DNA from: Dehalococcoidales bacterium
Lineage (GTDB): Bacteria; Chloroflexota; Dehalococcoidia; Dehalococcoidales; RBG-16-60-22
Length of the DNA: 64,000 bases
Direction of reading: 5' to 3'
NCBI GenBank assembly: GCA_034430575.1
Contig: DAOUDZ010000015.1
Location: forward strand, 1,639-65,638
In this document: in pieces, positions 63,896 through 64,000 of the stretch
How the letters are laid out: the number at the start of each line of letters is the position of its first letter
How positions within the stretch are numbered: the first letter of the stretch is position 1
Position numbers and translations under genes: made by a program
Notes under the pieces: generated by a model
What the model was told of the DNA's origin: nothing
What the model saw: the letters and a program-made list of their open reading frames with translations, nothing else
The model's database searches: none

Positions 63896-64000
63896 TAGCT
63901 AAAGGCTACTAGGGATGTGTGAAACTGAAAAATCTAGTTATCATCAATACAAGCGTGAAGTTTCGTATAATACCGGTTTATGTTTTCGGTTCGTAGACCT

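Noticed and set aside
1-64000. CRISPR arrays, rRNA genes, intact IS elements, integrases and prophage genes.
   Set aside because: Scanning the intergenic regions by eye showed only the short palindromic and direct repeats listed above. No regularly spaced repeats, rRNA-like sequences or recombinase motifs were found.

Overview
The window is a 64 kb chromosomal segment, mostly coded on the minus strand. The gene content looks like an anaerobic Chloroflexota (Dehalococcoidia-like) genome, but this taxon call is only an inference from: archaeal-type LeuCD, the order cimA-leuB-leuD-leuC-leuA, dapL-dapF, and archaeal-type ApgM. All protein names come from motifs I recognise in the supplied translations; no database search was possible.

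Layout:
- 1-5 kb: tRNA-Gly, a NarL-type two-component pair, two tandem unannotated small membrane ORFs, and a kinase-less paralogue of the sensor.
- 5.3-14.5 kb: PaaI thioesterase, acyl-CoA ligase, Liv-type ABC importer and a PaaK-like ligase.
- 14.7-17.7 kb: tRNA-Met and small accessory genes, including an AT-rich 1 kb insertion bounded by a 12-bp direct repeat.
- 17.7-28.4 kb: housekeeping block (hflX, dapL, dapF, miaA, tpiA, apgM, pgk, dxs, dedA).
- 28.5-31.7 kb: tRNA-Arg with an IS3-type transposase relic, then an SDR gene and a gene the ORF track splits in two.
- 31.9-43.0 kb: an AT-richer type IV pilus cluster.
- 43.4-64 kb: USP, TRAP transporter, menA/ubiE plus a HemN-like radical SAM gene, GAF-HD-GYP, sirtuin, ThyA-like, and the cimA/leuBDCA operon.

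Main points:
- The split gene at 29968..31689 reads through a single in-frame TGA. That TGA is followed at 11 nt by an fdhF-like SECIS hairpin, which makes it a U-x-x-C selenoprotein with a large uncharacterised C-terminal domain.
- The pilus cluster carries a sensor pair whose nucleotide-binding sites both look degenerate.
- The leu operon is interrupted by REP-like hairpin elements and an orphan hicB.

No rRNA, CRISPR array, intact transposase or integrase was seen.
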